DNA of 64,000 nt from Paramoeba atlantica (Eukaryota; Protista; Discosea), in NCBI GenBank assembly GCA_977017575.1, contig CDRNVI010000038.1, forward strand, positions 1 through 64,000. Reading direction: 5' to 3'. The position numbers and the translations under genes were made by a program. This document shows positions 11,530-22,985 of the stretch, one piece after another. The notes beneath the pieces were generated by a model. It had not been told where the DNA came from and ran no database searches. It saw only the letters and a program-made list of their open reading frames with translations. The first letter of the stretch is position 1. The number at the start of each line of letters is the position of its first letter.

Positions 11530-11989
11530 CGCACTCTTACAAGATGGTCGGCAGACTCCACGGATCCTCCTCCCCTGTCAAACCAAGCTATTTTACTTGA
11601 AGATGGGAATTTTTGAACAGTTGTTTTCGCAAGGTATCACTTCTTCGAACTGTGGTGCGCCCCTCAAAATGACCCACTTTTGACTAAAAAAGGTGAAAAA
11701 GTATTTTTCGGACCTAAAGGGGCATTTTTGTGTCGAAAGAATGGTATGGTTGGAGTCGTATTCTCTACCCAATACGTTCGGTAGGCTTTCATTCATGCCT
11801 GCGAGTGATTTCCCACGCGCAAATGTCGGATTTAGTGCTCTGAGAGCAAAAATATGCGAAAATGACCCCATTTGTCGAAAGGGGCCTTTCCGTGGCTCGC
11901 ACTCTTACAAGATGGTCGGCAGACTCACGGATCCTCCTCCCCTGTCAAACCAAGCTATTTTACTTGAAGATGGGAATTTTTGAACAGTT
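11530..11989 (+). repeat. ~92-bp direct repeat (11530-11621, 11897-11989) enclosing an internal fragment of repeat X
   Basis: GCACTCTTACAAGATGGTCGG...GAACAGTT occurs twice; 11622-11875 matches the X core. Confidence 0.75.
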
Positions 11990-12084
11990 TCGCAGGATGC
12001 TTTTCACCACATGCTTTTCACATGCTGTTGGTTCAACAGCATTGTAGTCCAACTTGGAAGCTTAGTATGCATTATCAATCTGCG

Positions 12085-13850
12085 GTCGCCGGGGGGTCCA
12101 TGGGGGGGGTCCAGGGGGGGGTCCAGGGGGGGGGGGTCATGGTCGAGCAAATTTTTTCGAAAAAATTAGTTTTCGAAAAAAAACCGCAGAAAGGGTAGCC
12201 GGGGTCTTGGCGCGCATTTTCCACCCCCCTACCCGGGGGTGACCCCCCCGCGTATCCGCAGGACGGGTCCGCCAAGTTCGGATTTTTTCGGAAAATTTTT
12301 TTTGAAAAAAAATTCAACTTGGCGAAAAAAATGACAAAAAAAATATTTTTCCAAAATCGTTTCCCCTATTGTATTTTGATAGTTTGGGACCTATACTAGG
12401 TTTCTCGGCCGTTGTTTTCACAAGGTATCCCTTCTTCGAACCGTGGTGCGCCCCTCAAAATGACCCAATTTTGACTAAAAAAGGTGAAAAAGTATTTTTC
12501 GGACCTAAAGGGGCATTTTTGTGTCGAAAGAATGGTATGGTTGGAGTCGCATTCTCTACCCAATACGTTCGGTAGGCTTTCATTCATGCTTGCGAGTGAT
12601 TTCCCACGCGCAAATGTCGGATTTAGTGCTCTGAGAGCAAAAATATGCGAAAATGACCCCATTTGTACCCGAAATTCGGCTATTTTTGGCTATAATCTTT
12701 CCGTTTTCCAGGCTAAATTTTCTTTTTTAGGCTCTTCGTTAAACGCGGCGGTAGTTTTCAACGCGAAGCGCGCAGCATCAGTGACTTCTAAGTTGAAAGC
12801 AACCACCGCGTTTAACGAAGAGCCTAAAAAAGAAAATATACGATAATAACAAAAATTTACATTTATCAGCGCCACTTTAATTCTAGGCTCTTCGTTAAAC
12901 GCGGTGGTTGTTTTCAACTTAGAAGTCACTCATGCTGCGCGATTCGCGTTGAAAACTACCTCCGCGTTTAACGAAGAGCCTAGAAAAGAAAATTTAAAAA
13001 AGCGCTAAATAGTGAAAAAAATGTATGAACAAAAAAATTCGAAGCACAAAAATAAGAACATGCGATTTTTATTCATCTCATTTTAGAGGATCATTTTTTA
13101 GAGGATCTTAGAAGTCACTCATGCTGCGCGCTTCGCGTTCAAAACTACCACCGCGTTTAACGAAGAGCCTAAAAAAGAAAATTCGGCCTGGACAGCTAAA
13201 GTAAAACAAAGATTATAGCCAAAAATAGCCGATTTTAGGGTAAAAATGGGGTGATTTTTGGGTATTTTTGCTCTCAGAGCGCTAAATCTGATGTTTGCGC
13301 ATGAGGAATCACTCGGAGGCGTGAATGAAAGCCTACTGAACGTATTGGGTATAGAATGCGACTCCAACCACACCATTCTTTTGACATAAAACGTCCCTTT
13401 TGGGTCCGAAAATCACTTTTCCGCACTTTTTGGGTAAAAATGGACCATTTTGGGAGGCGTGCCACGGCTAGAAGAAGGGGTGTCTGGCGAAAACAACGGT
13501 GTAGGGGGCTAGTATAGGTCCCAAACTCTCAAAATACATTAGCGAAAAAAATGTTGATAAAATATTTTTTTTACCATTTTTTACCAAGTAAAAAATTCCG
13601 TTTTCCTATTTTTTTTACCAAGTTGAATTTTTTTTCAAAAAACAAATTTCCGAAAAAATCTGAACTTGGCGGACCCGTCCTGCGGATACGCGGGGGAGTC
13701 ACCCCCGGGTAGGGGGGTGGAAAATGCGCGCCAAGACCCCGGCTACCCCTTCTGCAGTTTTTTTTCGAAAAATAGTTTTTTCGAAAAAATTTGCTCGACC
13801 ATGAGCAACTCCCCTGGACCGCCCCCTGAACCCCCCCATGGACCCCCCGG
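12085..13850. repeat. Head-to-head cluster of repeat X: minus copy 12085-12839, solo hairpin ~12881-12995, diverged plus copy 13108-13850
   Basis: Sequence identity to 6198-6980; hairpin ends face each other. Confidence 0.8.
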
Positions 13851-13880
13851 CGCCTGCAGATTGATAATGCATACTAAGCG

Positions 13881-13970
13881 GCACATTGATAATGCATATA
13901 GCACATTGATAATGCATATAGCACATTGATATTGCATATAGCACATTGATAATGCATATAGCACATTGAC
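13881..13970 (+). repeat. Tandem 20-bp repeat GCACATTGATAATGCATATA, ~4.5 copies
   Basis: Visible directly; lies between repeat X and the IS30-like ORF. Confidence 0.9.
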
Positions 13971-13996
13971 CTTCAGAATTTTATTTGACCTTCAGA

Positions 13997-15013
13997 ATGT
14001 CAGTTTCCCAACGTAAAACCAAACGCCTAGACACCGAGGCCCGGGAAACTATCGCAGTGCTCTATAGTCAACAAGGCTTCTCGCAAGAAGAAATAGCAGA
14101 AAAACTGGGAGAAAGCCAGGCTACTGTGAGCCGGGAGCTCAAGCGAGGCGCACGTCTCGGCGAGTACAGTGCAAAGCGTGCGCAAGGGACGAGTGAAAAA
14201 GCCATGACAAAACGCAAGGGGAAGAAGCTTAAGATTTCCGGTTCAATGCGACATAAAGTTCTCTCCCTTCTGGAAAAAAGATTTAGCCCTCAACAAATTG
14301 CGCCTGGAACATATAAGGAAGATGGCGTAAAACTGTCACGTGTAGCAATTTACGGATTTATCCAACGCGAAGACAGAGCGGGGCACTTGGTCAAGTTTCT
14401 TCGGCGGGGGGGAGGTCGTGGCAGACGACGTCGTGGCACGAATCGTCTGAAAATACCAAACCGGACGGATATTAGCGAACGCCCCGATTCAGTCAACAGT
14501 CGGTCCCGGTATGGAGACTGGAAATGCGACCTAATTGAAGGGAGTAAACACAGCGGCTTTTTTCTCAGTCTTGTAGAACGGAAAAGCCGGTTTGGCATCC
14601 TTCGCAAGCTGTCTTGCAAAAGGTCGGATCTCGTTGTGCAGGAAATTATCCAAGCACTGCGATGTTATCAGGTTCGTACTTTGACCTATGACAACGGCTC
14701 CGAGTTTGCGATGCACGAGGCAGTGAATTAAGCATTAGGCTGTTTATCTTTCTTTTGCAAGCCCTACGCAAGTTGGGAAAAGCGCGGGGTAGAACATTTC
14801 AGTGGTCTAGTGCGCGATTTCTACCCGAAGCGCGTTGTTTTCACTGACATTTCTCAAGCCATTCTGGACTCAGCGTGTGATTCAATTAACCAACGACCTA
14901 TGGAAATTCTCCAGAACAGCAGCCCAAAGGAGCTTGCCGAAAACATTCGAGGTAACATTGCTCCGAAGGTACGTAGCGGGTTCTTAGTAGACACGTCGGA
15001 AGAATCAGAATGA
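13997..15013 (+). pseudogene. IS30-family transposase with one internal stop
   Basis: HTH (SQEEIAEKLGESQATVSRELKR), RSRYGDWKCDLI, LVERKSRF, LTYDNGSEFA, CKPYASWEK and INQRP match IS30 motifs. ORFs 13985 and 14810 are in one frame, split by TAA at 14729. Confidence 0.85.
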
Positions 15014-15472
15014 CGGACTTTATAGGCAGCATCATATCACCAAAATTGCTATTTTTGGGCTAATTCGTTATTTCCGGCAACACGATCATCGTAATAATCG
15101 TCCAAGATATTATACCTCTGAACAATAACCTTCTGCAATAACCGCGTCCACAGCTCCGCTTCGTTTCTTTTCTCTCTTCGTATCTGAGATTTGTGGTTTG
15201 TCTCAGTGACAAAGACATCCGATTCTTATCCATAAATGTGCGTCCTTTATATACACGGGCATGTACTTATGCGCGTTACCCTAATATCACACAGACTTTC
15301 GACTTCGCAAATTGCTTCCCACTAACGACACACATTCTTGTCTTGCAAACGGGTAAACAATGTCTAGGCTTTGCTAGGGGTTGGGTATGGTGTCTGGGTT
15401 CATTGGCCCGGCCGGCCCCTCCGTGCGTTCGGCCTCTCATATTCCCCAAAACAACTACCACCTTCCCCCCAT

Positions 15473-16429
15473 TTATCGGGGGTCGCTCGCGCGACTTACA
15501 CCAGTTTTCTCGACAATTTCGCATCCCTCACTGCACCAACATTTATTCAAATGGTCAATCTTTCGGAGAGACGCATTCACCCCAGTATCAAAGTCGTACT
15601 GCGGCTCTCCAGCCAACAGTCCGTACGCCAACACAGATACTATCTGAACAGCATCTTTGATCCAGGAAAGATCATGATCTGTTGCCCAGAAAAAACGAAA
15701 CTTGTCCACATGGGCAAAGAAACGCTCTACACGAGAGCGCACTAATGCGAGCCTCTCGTTGACGCGTAATTGATCGTCCTCAAGCATTCCCTTGTTTGGA
15801 GTTTTGTATGGGACCAAACAATGATAACAACCAACATACCCCAGGTCGGCCAGAAAGATTTCATCTTTGTGATGCTCAAAGAGGTATGTTCCATGAGTCA
15901 TCGTGTCTTGATAAATCCTTGCATCGTGCACACTTCCAACTACGGGCCCACGAAAAAAGATAGGAACTCCGGCCAGTGTGAGCCATAATTCAATTTTAAA
16001 ACAGTGTTCCCCGTTCTTCCCAGAGTAAGTCGAATTCTTCCGTTTAACAGTCTGACTACGGGGATCAAATTTCATATGAGGTTTTTTTGCTCGACAAGGG
16101 ATGGTGGTAACGTCTAGCATACACGTCACGTCGCTAAGCCACGGGACACCATGACGAAATCTCAGCGAAGGATTCATCAACGAGGGTGAACGATACAGGT
16201 CCGCGATGCGATGAAAATCCTCGCGCAGGGTTCGCACGGAAACTGGGGGATCCTCTGGCCCCGTCCATATGACTTGCAAATCACTCAATTGTTCCCAAGA
16301 ACAATTCAGTGCACATAAGCAAAGGGAAGACTTCAACCTCCTTAGATCAGTGCTTGTTACGTTAGTTCCATGCACCGCTTGCTGTTCCGCGTAAAATTGC
16401 GCAAGCTGTTCTCGGGTCACGCCATACAT
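15473..16429 (-). CDS. DDE_Tnp_4 transposase (IS5/ISL2EU/Harbinger-like); C-terminus may be frameshifted
   Basis: MLDVTTIP, YSGKNGEHCFK, GSVHDARI, LADLGYVG and NERLALVRSRVERFF motifs. Confidence 0.85.
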   Translation of the reverse strand: MYGVTREQLAQFYAEQQAVHGTNVTSTDLRRLKSSLCLCALNCSWEQLSDLQVIWTGPEDPPVSVRTLREDFHRIADLYRSPSLMNPSLRFRHGVPWLSDVTCMLDVTTIPCRAKKPHMKFDPRSQTVKRKNSTYSGKNGEHCFKIELWLTLAGVPIFFRGPVVGSVHDARIYQDTMTHGTYLFEHHKDEIFLADLGYVGCYHCLVPYKTPNKGMLEDDQLRVNERLALVRSRVERFFAHVDKFRFFWATDHDLSWIKDAVQIVSVLAYGLLAGEPQYDFDTGVNASLRKIDHLNKCWCSEGCEIVEKTGVSRASDPR

Positions 16430-16660
16430 GAATGCCTCTATGACAGTACTAGCTATGAAATTGAACTATGTTATGCTAAATATGTTATGTTATGTTACGG
16501 GCTAGAGGGTAAAAACACGACTTGTAGATTAGGTAAAATGGTATTTGAGGTGAACAATAAACATCCGCTTTGACACACTTAAAACTATCACGAATAATAA
16601 GCAGAACTTAAAATATTATCTTCTCTCTTTCTCCTTCAACTTTTCCTCAACGCGTCCTTT

Positions 16661-17497
16661 TTAGTTCAGCCGCGGGAACGAGACTACACGGTCTGATGTT
16701 CTTATTTCTTTCGCCGTATAATAGGACGGCATGGGGACATTCTTCCCCTGATCTGCAGCCGTGGGACAAGCTTCTGGGGTCTGAGATGCTGGCTTCTGAG
16801 ATGCTTCATCCGCCCCTCGTTTGAGCCAGGCACGAGAACGCCTCCCGGATACAGAGCGCCACAAACTATCCACGAAGTCTCCTACTTCGTTGTCCCGTCG
16901 AGGTGCATACATCGGGCTGAGTTCCAGGAAGCTTTGGAGATCCTGGGCAGCTTCTCCAACAAAGTAAACGGCGGAACATCCATAAGCAGATGCCCGCGGC
17001 GATCTACGATGTGAAGAATGGCGCGCTCCAGCATCTGTGGCGTAATGTCTATGCCACAAACGGAACGGCCCCCGTGAAGGAAACTATCCATGGTGCGATG
17101 AATGTGTTCCAGGATCGCGTTATATAATCGCGTTATATAATTCACTGGGCCCACGGCTGTACATGGGGACGCCGTCGAGTATACTCAACACCATGCAAAA
17201 TGCTTTTTCTCGGATAGAAAATCTTCTCTCTGTGTCGGCCAGATTGCCAGCCTCATCAGAAAGCTTCAAGGCCAGCTGAATAAATTTTTTCCATATATGG
17301 GGTGCTGAATAATGGCCCCCCACATAAGGTATGAGAACAGCCGCTGCTTGTTCATGGGTCAGATTCAAATGAAGCATTGACAGAGCGCAGAACACGTCAA
17401 GCGTGGGGCTTTTTAAAGATATGCTCAGCTCTACAACCACATCAGAACAATACCCGGTAAAAGCGTGTGAAACGTCTTTCCAGGGAAGAAGTATCAT
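16661..17497 (-). pseudogene. Frameshifted ORF with DDE_Tnp_4-like N-terminal half
   Basis: LHLNLTHEQAA and ILDGVPMYSRGP resemble the HTH and first-Asp region. A 13-bp tandem duplication (17114-17139) shifts the frame. Later catalytic motifs not seen. Confidence 0.45.
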
Positions 17498-17699
17498 ATC
17501 GAGAAGTTGAAAATGAGAAAAGTAACTCTGTTGTCATTCAAAAGTTTAGTGATTTTTGCTCAATATTTTCTGCTTTACTGACAGTAACTAGCGTTTCATA
17601 TTCTGTACTTTGGCTTCAATATTCTTACTACTTCAGACTTCCAAATCCAAACTTACTACTTCATCCAAATTTTCTTTATTTAATAAAGAAACAATCGGG

Positions 17700-18665
17700 T
17701 TATCGTAAACCCGACTGATCATACAACTTACTCTTTCCTGTCGTCTTGGTTTTAGACTCTTCGCTTTCTGCGATCCGGGATTTCGCAATTACTGCTTGTT
17801 TCAGTAATGCGATCTGGGCTCTCATGTCGTCTGTCTCGCGACGATGAGAAAGTTGAGCCTCAGTTAATCTTTCAACCTTGGCTTCAAGACGGCTAGTCAC
17901 CGCTTGCAACTTTTCTACTTCAGCGAGCGCCTTTGCTGCCTCGGTCTGACTTACAGAAACCGCGCCGCGTAGAAGTCGATTTTGTTCTCGATATCTTTTC
18001 GACGCCGCAACGGTCTCTCCACGAAACCCTCGCCAAAGAGTTCGAAACCATTCTGCAATGGTCTCTTGGCCTTTGCGGGATGGCTCATACAACCCTGGGT
18101 AGGCTTTCGCCAGGAAGGCACCTAGGTTTTGCGAGAGTACATCTGTGGGGAGCTCGATGGAGGGGAGTGACCATTGATCCCCGTGTTTCCACGGCCAATA
18201 ACTTGGCATCTCTTCCTCTCGAACACCATTTAGCACGTTGCATTTGGCGTCGGAAAAGAACAAGCCTACCTGGCGATGTTTTGCAATGAGGATGATACCC
18301 TCGAGAAGGATTTCTTCGTCCAGTGTAACACCACACAAAGTGTTGTGAATACTGGGAACTGAAGAAGCGGTGAGCTGATGATGACGGTTGTTTAACCATG
18401 TCACGGCCCTCGAAATAATATCGTCCTCGAGACGATCCATGATTTCTTGAGGGGGAAGTCTGTCAGGGGCAAATTGGGCACTGTTTCGTTCCTCCTGAGT
18501 CATCTTGAGATACTCCAAACCTCTCTCCGCTCTTTTCAAAGGAATGTGGAGTACCTTCTTTAAGGTGTGTTGCACCCAATTTCTTAATCGATCAAAGTTT
18601 TCCGAGTCTGCATGTCCGTAGGAACACGCCTCTACCTCACTATCCTTTGGGGGCAAATCGTCCAT
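17700..18665 (-). CDS. Hypothetical 321-aa protein with C-terminal coiled coil
   Basis: ATG start, natural composition, AT-rich flanks, heptad-like LAEVEKLQAVTSRLEAKVERL; no family recognised. Confidence 0.7.
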   Translation of the reverse strand: MDDLPPKDSEVEACSYGHADSENFDRLRNWVQHTLKKVLHIPLKRAERGLEYLKMTQEERNSAQFAPDRLPPQEIMDRLEDDIISRAVTWLNNRHHQLTASSVPSIHNTLCGVTLDEEILLEGIILIAKHRQVGLFFSDAKCNVLNGVREEEMPSYWPWKHGDQWSLPSIELPTDVLSQNLGAFLAKAYPGLYEPSRKGQETIAEWFRTLWRGFRGETVAASKRYREQNRLLRGAVSVSQTEAAKALAEVEKLQAVTSRLEAKVERLTEAQLSHRRETDDMRAQIALLKQAVIAKSRIAESEESKTKTTGKSKLYDQSGLR

Positions 18666-19051
18666 ACGGAATATGTTTGAAAAAAGTATCGTTATAAAAC
18701 GGGATTCTAAAAAAGATAAAAGAGATGATAAAATATGAAATGTACCAATATAAATTATGTACGTCGCTATAAAAAATATATGAGAAATTATGAGTTTGCC
18801 AATAGCTAGGTATTGAGAAAAAATAAGAGGAAAAATACATAAAAAAATTCACCCCTCCCCTAACTCAGCCGCACCCGGACGCACCCGGACGCACCCAGAC
18901 GCACCCACCTGTTTCAACCCTCTAATTAAGGGAAAATTAATTAAGGTTTTCAAAAACAATTATTCCCTTAATTAGTGTTCCCTTATTTTATGTTTCCTTA
19001 ATTGTTTTGCGGGAATCAAGTTGAAAATAGCCCAAGATCACGAGATAGGTA

Positions 19052-21336
19052 ACCCGGGGTGCGGATTAATATCCAAATGCGCTTTAATATCCAAATAGGT
19101 TTTTTCACTTCAAAATCACATTATGGAAGCTGTTGCATCCGAATGCTTGAAGCGCCATTCGGAAGAGCTGAAATGTCAAGAAACAACTTGGGAAATTATT
19201 TCTGAATGTAGTTCCTTAGGTGATTTTGAGGCATCGCCGTCCGAAGAAGCGCCAAATGGAACGGAAGACGCTCATCAAGTTTATAGGGTGGCAGAAAGTT
19301 CTGACCCAGAAGAAAGTGGAGGATCAGAAAGCAGCGAAGAAGGCAACAGTGAAGAAGATGATACTGACAGTGTGGAAGAAAGCCCAAGCACCGAACAAGT
19401 GAAATTAGGTGGAATCCGCGCACGGGAAAAGCGGCCTGTTTCCTCGAATGGCCGTCGACGCAACGAACTCGTCGATCACAAGGTGAAAAGACGCGTTTTC
19501 GCATATTACGAATCCCTTCCTGCATCTACGAAAGATAGAAAGAAAGGCTTAATGCCTATTTTAAATGCGTTCATAAGCAAGGCATGGCCAACAATGAATT
19601 TTAGGATCACGCGAAAGCGTCAACTTATGAATTGGGGCTGTGCTCCAAGAAAAGGTGGAGGCAAGCGACGTAAGCACAACAGAAGGCATCCACTTTGTCA
19701 TGTAAAGCAGCTTCTTTCATCTTTAATACGAGGTCGTAGAAGCACAAATGCCATAGTTACCTTGCAAATGGTAAAATCTGAAGCACTGCATATTATACGC
19801 GACGGTGTAGATCCAGACGTGCAATCTATTAATTCTGTAAGCGACTCGTGGGTATCTCGGTTTCTGCGACGCTCTGGCTTCTCCCTTCGCAGTGTTCAAC
19901 GCCAAACTACCTTAACCAATGCTGAGCTTCATCAAAAAATTCATTCCCTGCATACTTTTGTTCATCGCACTTTATCCACTAAATTGTTTCGCTGTGTTTT
20001 CAATTTTGATGAAATTCCCTTGTCCCTGCGAGGTTCCATGCGATCACTTAAGACTGTGGCAGATATTGCGGAACAAGATATTCGAGCTTCCATCAACCCT
20101 AACGACCGCAAACGTTGCGCGACTCTTATTTGTGGTGTCGGCGTAGTCATTGACAAAAATTTGAACCCCGTGAAGCACTTTTTTACTAAACCAATGATTC
20201 TCTTCAAGGCTAAAAGCTACATCTTAATCAATGAGACGTTTGATGCTCGAACCACGCGCGGCATAACTGCGAAGGCCGTTGTCAATTCACCATTTTTCAT
20301 CAAGTGCTTCATACCGTTTCTTCAAGCAGAATTTCGCGCACATCGTGTTGAAGGCCCAACTCTTATGATTATGGATTCTGCGCGCCCGCATATTACCACA
20401 GATGTTCTCCAGACGTTTGCAGAAAAGTTACAATCACATGCGGCTGTTCTCCCTGGTGGATGCACATGTTGGCTCCAATGGGTTGACGTTTACTATGCTT
20501 CCCACTACAAGGCAGCTCACACATCCCTATGGGAGGCAGAGCACAGTATCACACGTACTGCAAAGGAAAAGCGTACGTGGTTACACTCCATGGTCGCACG
20601 AGCCCACGACAAAATTACTGCTAACATGAATGTAAAGGATCAATTCGTCAAGTTGGGTTACTTAAACCGTTCACTTGCCCAGTTCCACTCCCCCAAGCTA
20701 GAAAACTATAAATACGATCCGCCGATAATTCCTGCAGACCGCGTGCATCAGCACAAGATAAAAATTTCCCAACAGTTTCAACGCGGCGCACAGTCGGGCA
20801 TTAGAACCGGGCCTCTAGATTCCTTTTTGACGATGCAGTCGACATCAACGCGCCAAGCAAGCAACACGCAAGCCATTGAAGAACTGTAATGTGATCAAGT
20901 CGAAAGATGAAATTGAAGCCTAAGATCCAAGATGCAAGTTGAAAGGAGTTGAAACATAAAATTAAAAGACATCGTGAACGTTATATCTTTCGTATTTCTC
21001 TTATAACATTTATAATGTCATAATGCTTTTTAAAAACGTCCTGCACTGATTAATTAATATTCTAGAAACGTGATTTTCCACGTGTATTTTTTAAAAACAT
21101 CCTGCACTGATTAATTAATATTCTAGAAACGTGATTTTCCACGTGTGTTCTAACACTATGTCTCCCTCGCAGCCCCACCAATCAGCACCTTTCCCACCAA
21201 TCACAGCCCCGCCACACTTCATTTGGATATTAAAGTGCAAGCATTTTAATATTCAAATAGAAATTTTTGCACTTTAATATCCAAATAGCACTTTAATATC
21301 CAAATCCGTATTTGGATATTAATCCGCACCCCGGGT
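19052..21336 (+). mobile_element. Apparently intact pogo-like DNA transposon
   Basis: TIR ACCCGGGGTGCGGATTAATATCCAAAT at both ends with TA duplication; TAATATCCAAAT subterminal repeats; ~58-bp tandem duplication at 21028-21147. Confidence 0.92.
19123..20889 (+). CDS. pogo-like transposase (acidic N-terminus, CENP-B HTH, DDE_1, DD36D)
   Basis: VSDSWVSRFLRR, FNFDEIP, IMDSARPH and WLQWVDV motifs; uninterrupted 588 aa. Confidence 0.92.
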   Translation: MEAVASECLKRHSEELKCQETTWEIISECSSLGDFEASPSEEAPNGTEDAHQVYRVAESSDPEESGGSESSEEGNSEEDDTDSVEESPSTEQVKLGGIRAREKRPVSSNGRRRNELVDHKVKRRVFAYYESLPASTKDRKKGLMPILNAFISKAWPTMNFRITRKRQLMNWGCAPRKGGGKRRKHNRRHPLCHVKQLLSSLIRGRRSTNAIVTLQMVKSEALHIIRDGVDPDVQSINSVSDSWVSRFLRRSGFSLRSVQRQTTLTNAELHQKIHSLHTFVHRTLSTKLFRCVFNFDEIPLSLRGSMRSLKTVADIAEQDIRASINPNDRKRCATLICGVGVVIDKNLNPVKHFFTKPMILFKAKSYILINETFDARTTRGITAKAVVNSPFFIKCFIPFLQAEFRAHRVEGPTLMIMDSARPHITTDVLQTFAEKLQSHAAVLPGGCTCWLQWVDVYYASHYKAAHTSLWEAEHSITRTAKEKRTWLHSMVARAHDKITANMNVKDQFVKLGYLNRSLAQFHSPKLENYKYDPPIIPADRVHQHKIKISQQFQRGAQSGIRTGPLDSFLTMQSTSTRQASNTQAIEEL

Positions 21337-22145
21337 TAGAGGGGGGACCACCCATTATCACACTTTTTTCGGTGCGATAATAAGCGAATTGTGTGATAAC
21401 AAGTGAAATTTCGAGAAAGTTTGTTAATAAGTGGATACTTCACGTATTACAACATTTTGGTTGCATACTGCGATTTTTTGACCTAAACTCTGAAATATTG
21501 GTATGTGGGCTCAGCGGGGGTTGGGGGCGCCTGGGCCATGGGCGGAAAAAATAATTATTAATTGCCTGAAAATGCCAAAAATAGACGAAACATAATTATT
21601 CCCTTAATTAGCGTTCCCTTATTTAATGTGTCTCTTAATTAACGTTTCCACCGTAAGATTACTTTTAGCCTAAAATAGTCATAAAAACGTAAACCCCCCC
21701 CGCGCACATTAGTTACATCACTTTTTAGTTACGTATCACTTATTAGTTACATAAAACGTTAAAAATCATTTATTAGTTACGAATTACTTATTAGTTACGT
21801 GGGGTAATTAATTCGAAAATTCTCTCATTTTTCTTGGAATTTCTGGGCATCCCACCTTGTCAAAAAAACTCCGCGAGCAATAGAAGAAGAAGAGAGAAGA
21901 AGAGCGGTGCGTCACTGAAAGGCCTGCGAATGCAGCTTCTGTGGGTAAAACCGCCTCGAGATTCAGAACAACGTCTTTTATGCGGAGCGTGAGTTCCCAC
22001 GACGGGTGCCGCGCCGCTGGGCATCCCACCTTTTCAAAAAGGTCCGTGCGGAGTAGAAGAAGAAGAGTAAGAGAGAACAAAAGCGGTGCGGGCGTAGTTG
22101 GTATCCCGCGCTGAATATGATTTGACAACGCCTGTGGAAGGAAAA

Positions 22146-22226
22146 CGCGCCCAGCAGGGTTTGAACCTGCGCGTGAGAACACACCTGATTTCAAGTCAGG
22201 CCCCTTAATCACTTGGGTATAGACGC
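22146..22226 (-). tRNA. trnS: tRNA-Ser(TGA), copy 1; D-loop GG reads GA
   Basis: Acceptor GCGTCTA/TGGGCGC, anticodon arm CCTGA-CTTGAAA-TCAGG, long variable arm, T arm GCAGG-TTCAAAC-CCTGC, followed by TTTT. Confidence 0.85.
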
Positions 22227-22623
22227 CTTCCGAGGCTCTACCACAACGAACTGATCAAGATCGAGTGAACAGTTTTCCACCATTCTCTCCAGCTAAGAAT
22301 TCGTCCGTATGAATCTAATCGTGCTTGATTTATTTTCATCTCTCCGATGCCCTTCTGCACCTCCCAGCGGGACAAGATTCGAGAAGCCGCCGTTCGGATA
22401 GCCGACAGCCTCGCACGACTACCTGGCTCCAAAGCGCAATCCACACCACCCCAAATCGAACGTCACTTTTAGAACAAAAAACTGAAAAACGTGGCAAATG
22501 CCAAACGAAAAAGGAGATGAGTGCATGTGTGTTTCTCGAGCGTTGTGGCTTTGATGCTCACAAGCTGATTCAAACAGCGCAGCACATGTGTCACTGTCTG
22601 TGAACATTCATCTCAGGGCAAGT
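22227..22623 (+). repeat. tRNA-upstream repeat R; other copies at 27556-27728 plus 31436-31667, 33658-33950, 36052-36380
   Basis: Near-identical ~400-bp block; belongs to a larger unit with the tRNA, a tRNA-downstream block (21860-22140, 27245-27470) and block S (22624-22805, 32823-33002). Confidence 0.85.
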
Positions 22624-22985
22624 ATCGTACAAAACCCCATAATGAAACAGTCACCACCCCCTACAACGTAGACACATCTACTCTTCAAACGCCACAACAA
22701 GCACACCCGACGCGCCACGCAGCGCACCATTGTATTCCCCCCCCACCGTATGCTTACTCCGGAAAATATGATTTTCACAGAAACATCCAATGCGATAACA
22801 AATTCTATAAGTTTACGATTTGAAATTCAGGAGGGCAAACATTATGCTCCATACTGTTGTAGTTTTGGGCTTAGGAATATTATTCGAATTATATCACCGT
22901 TTTTTCTAATCATGAACAATTTGACATATACACAATTATTTGACTATTTTAGAGACTATTTTCATCCGAACGTTACCACTAGTTT

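Noticed and set aside
6188-13944. Many short ORFs inside repeat X (MGSFSHIF.., MKKYFSDL.., Pro/Gly-rich ORFs)
   Set aside because: Copies differ by frameshifting indels, ORFs occur on both strands, and no motifs are recognisable. Treated as non-coding.
22238-22607. Small ORFs in repeat R as real genes
   Set aside because: Start and stop positions vary between copies, the ORFs overlap on both strands, and no domain is recognisable.
21860-22623. snRNA, U3 or 7SL gene next to the tRNA, as in trypanosomatids
   Set aside because: Only short partial resemblances (e.g. GAGCGTGAG) were seen, with no convincing full match. An Infernal/Rfam scan would settle it.
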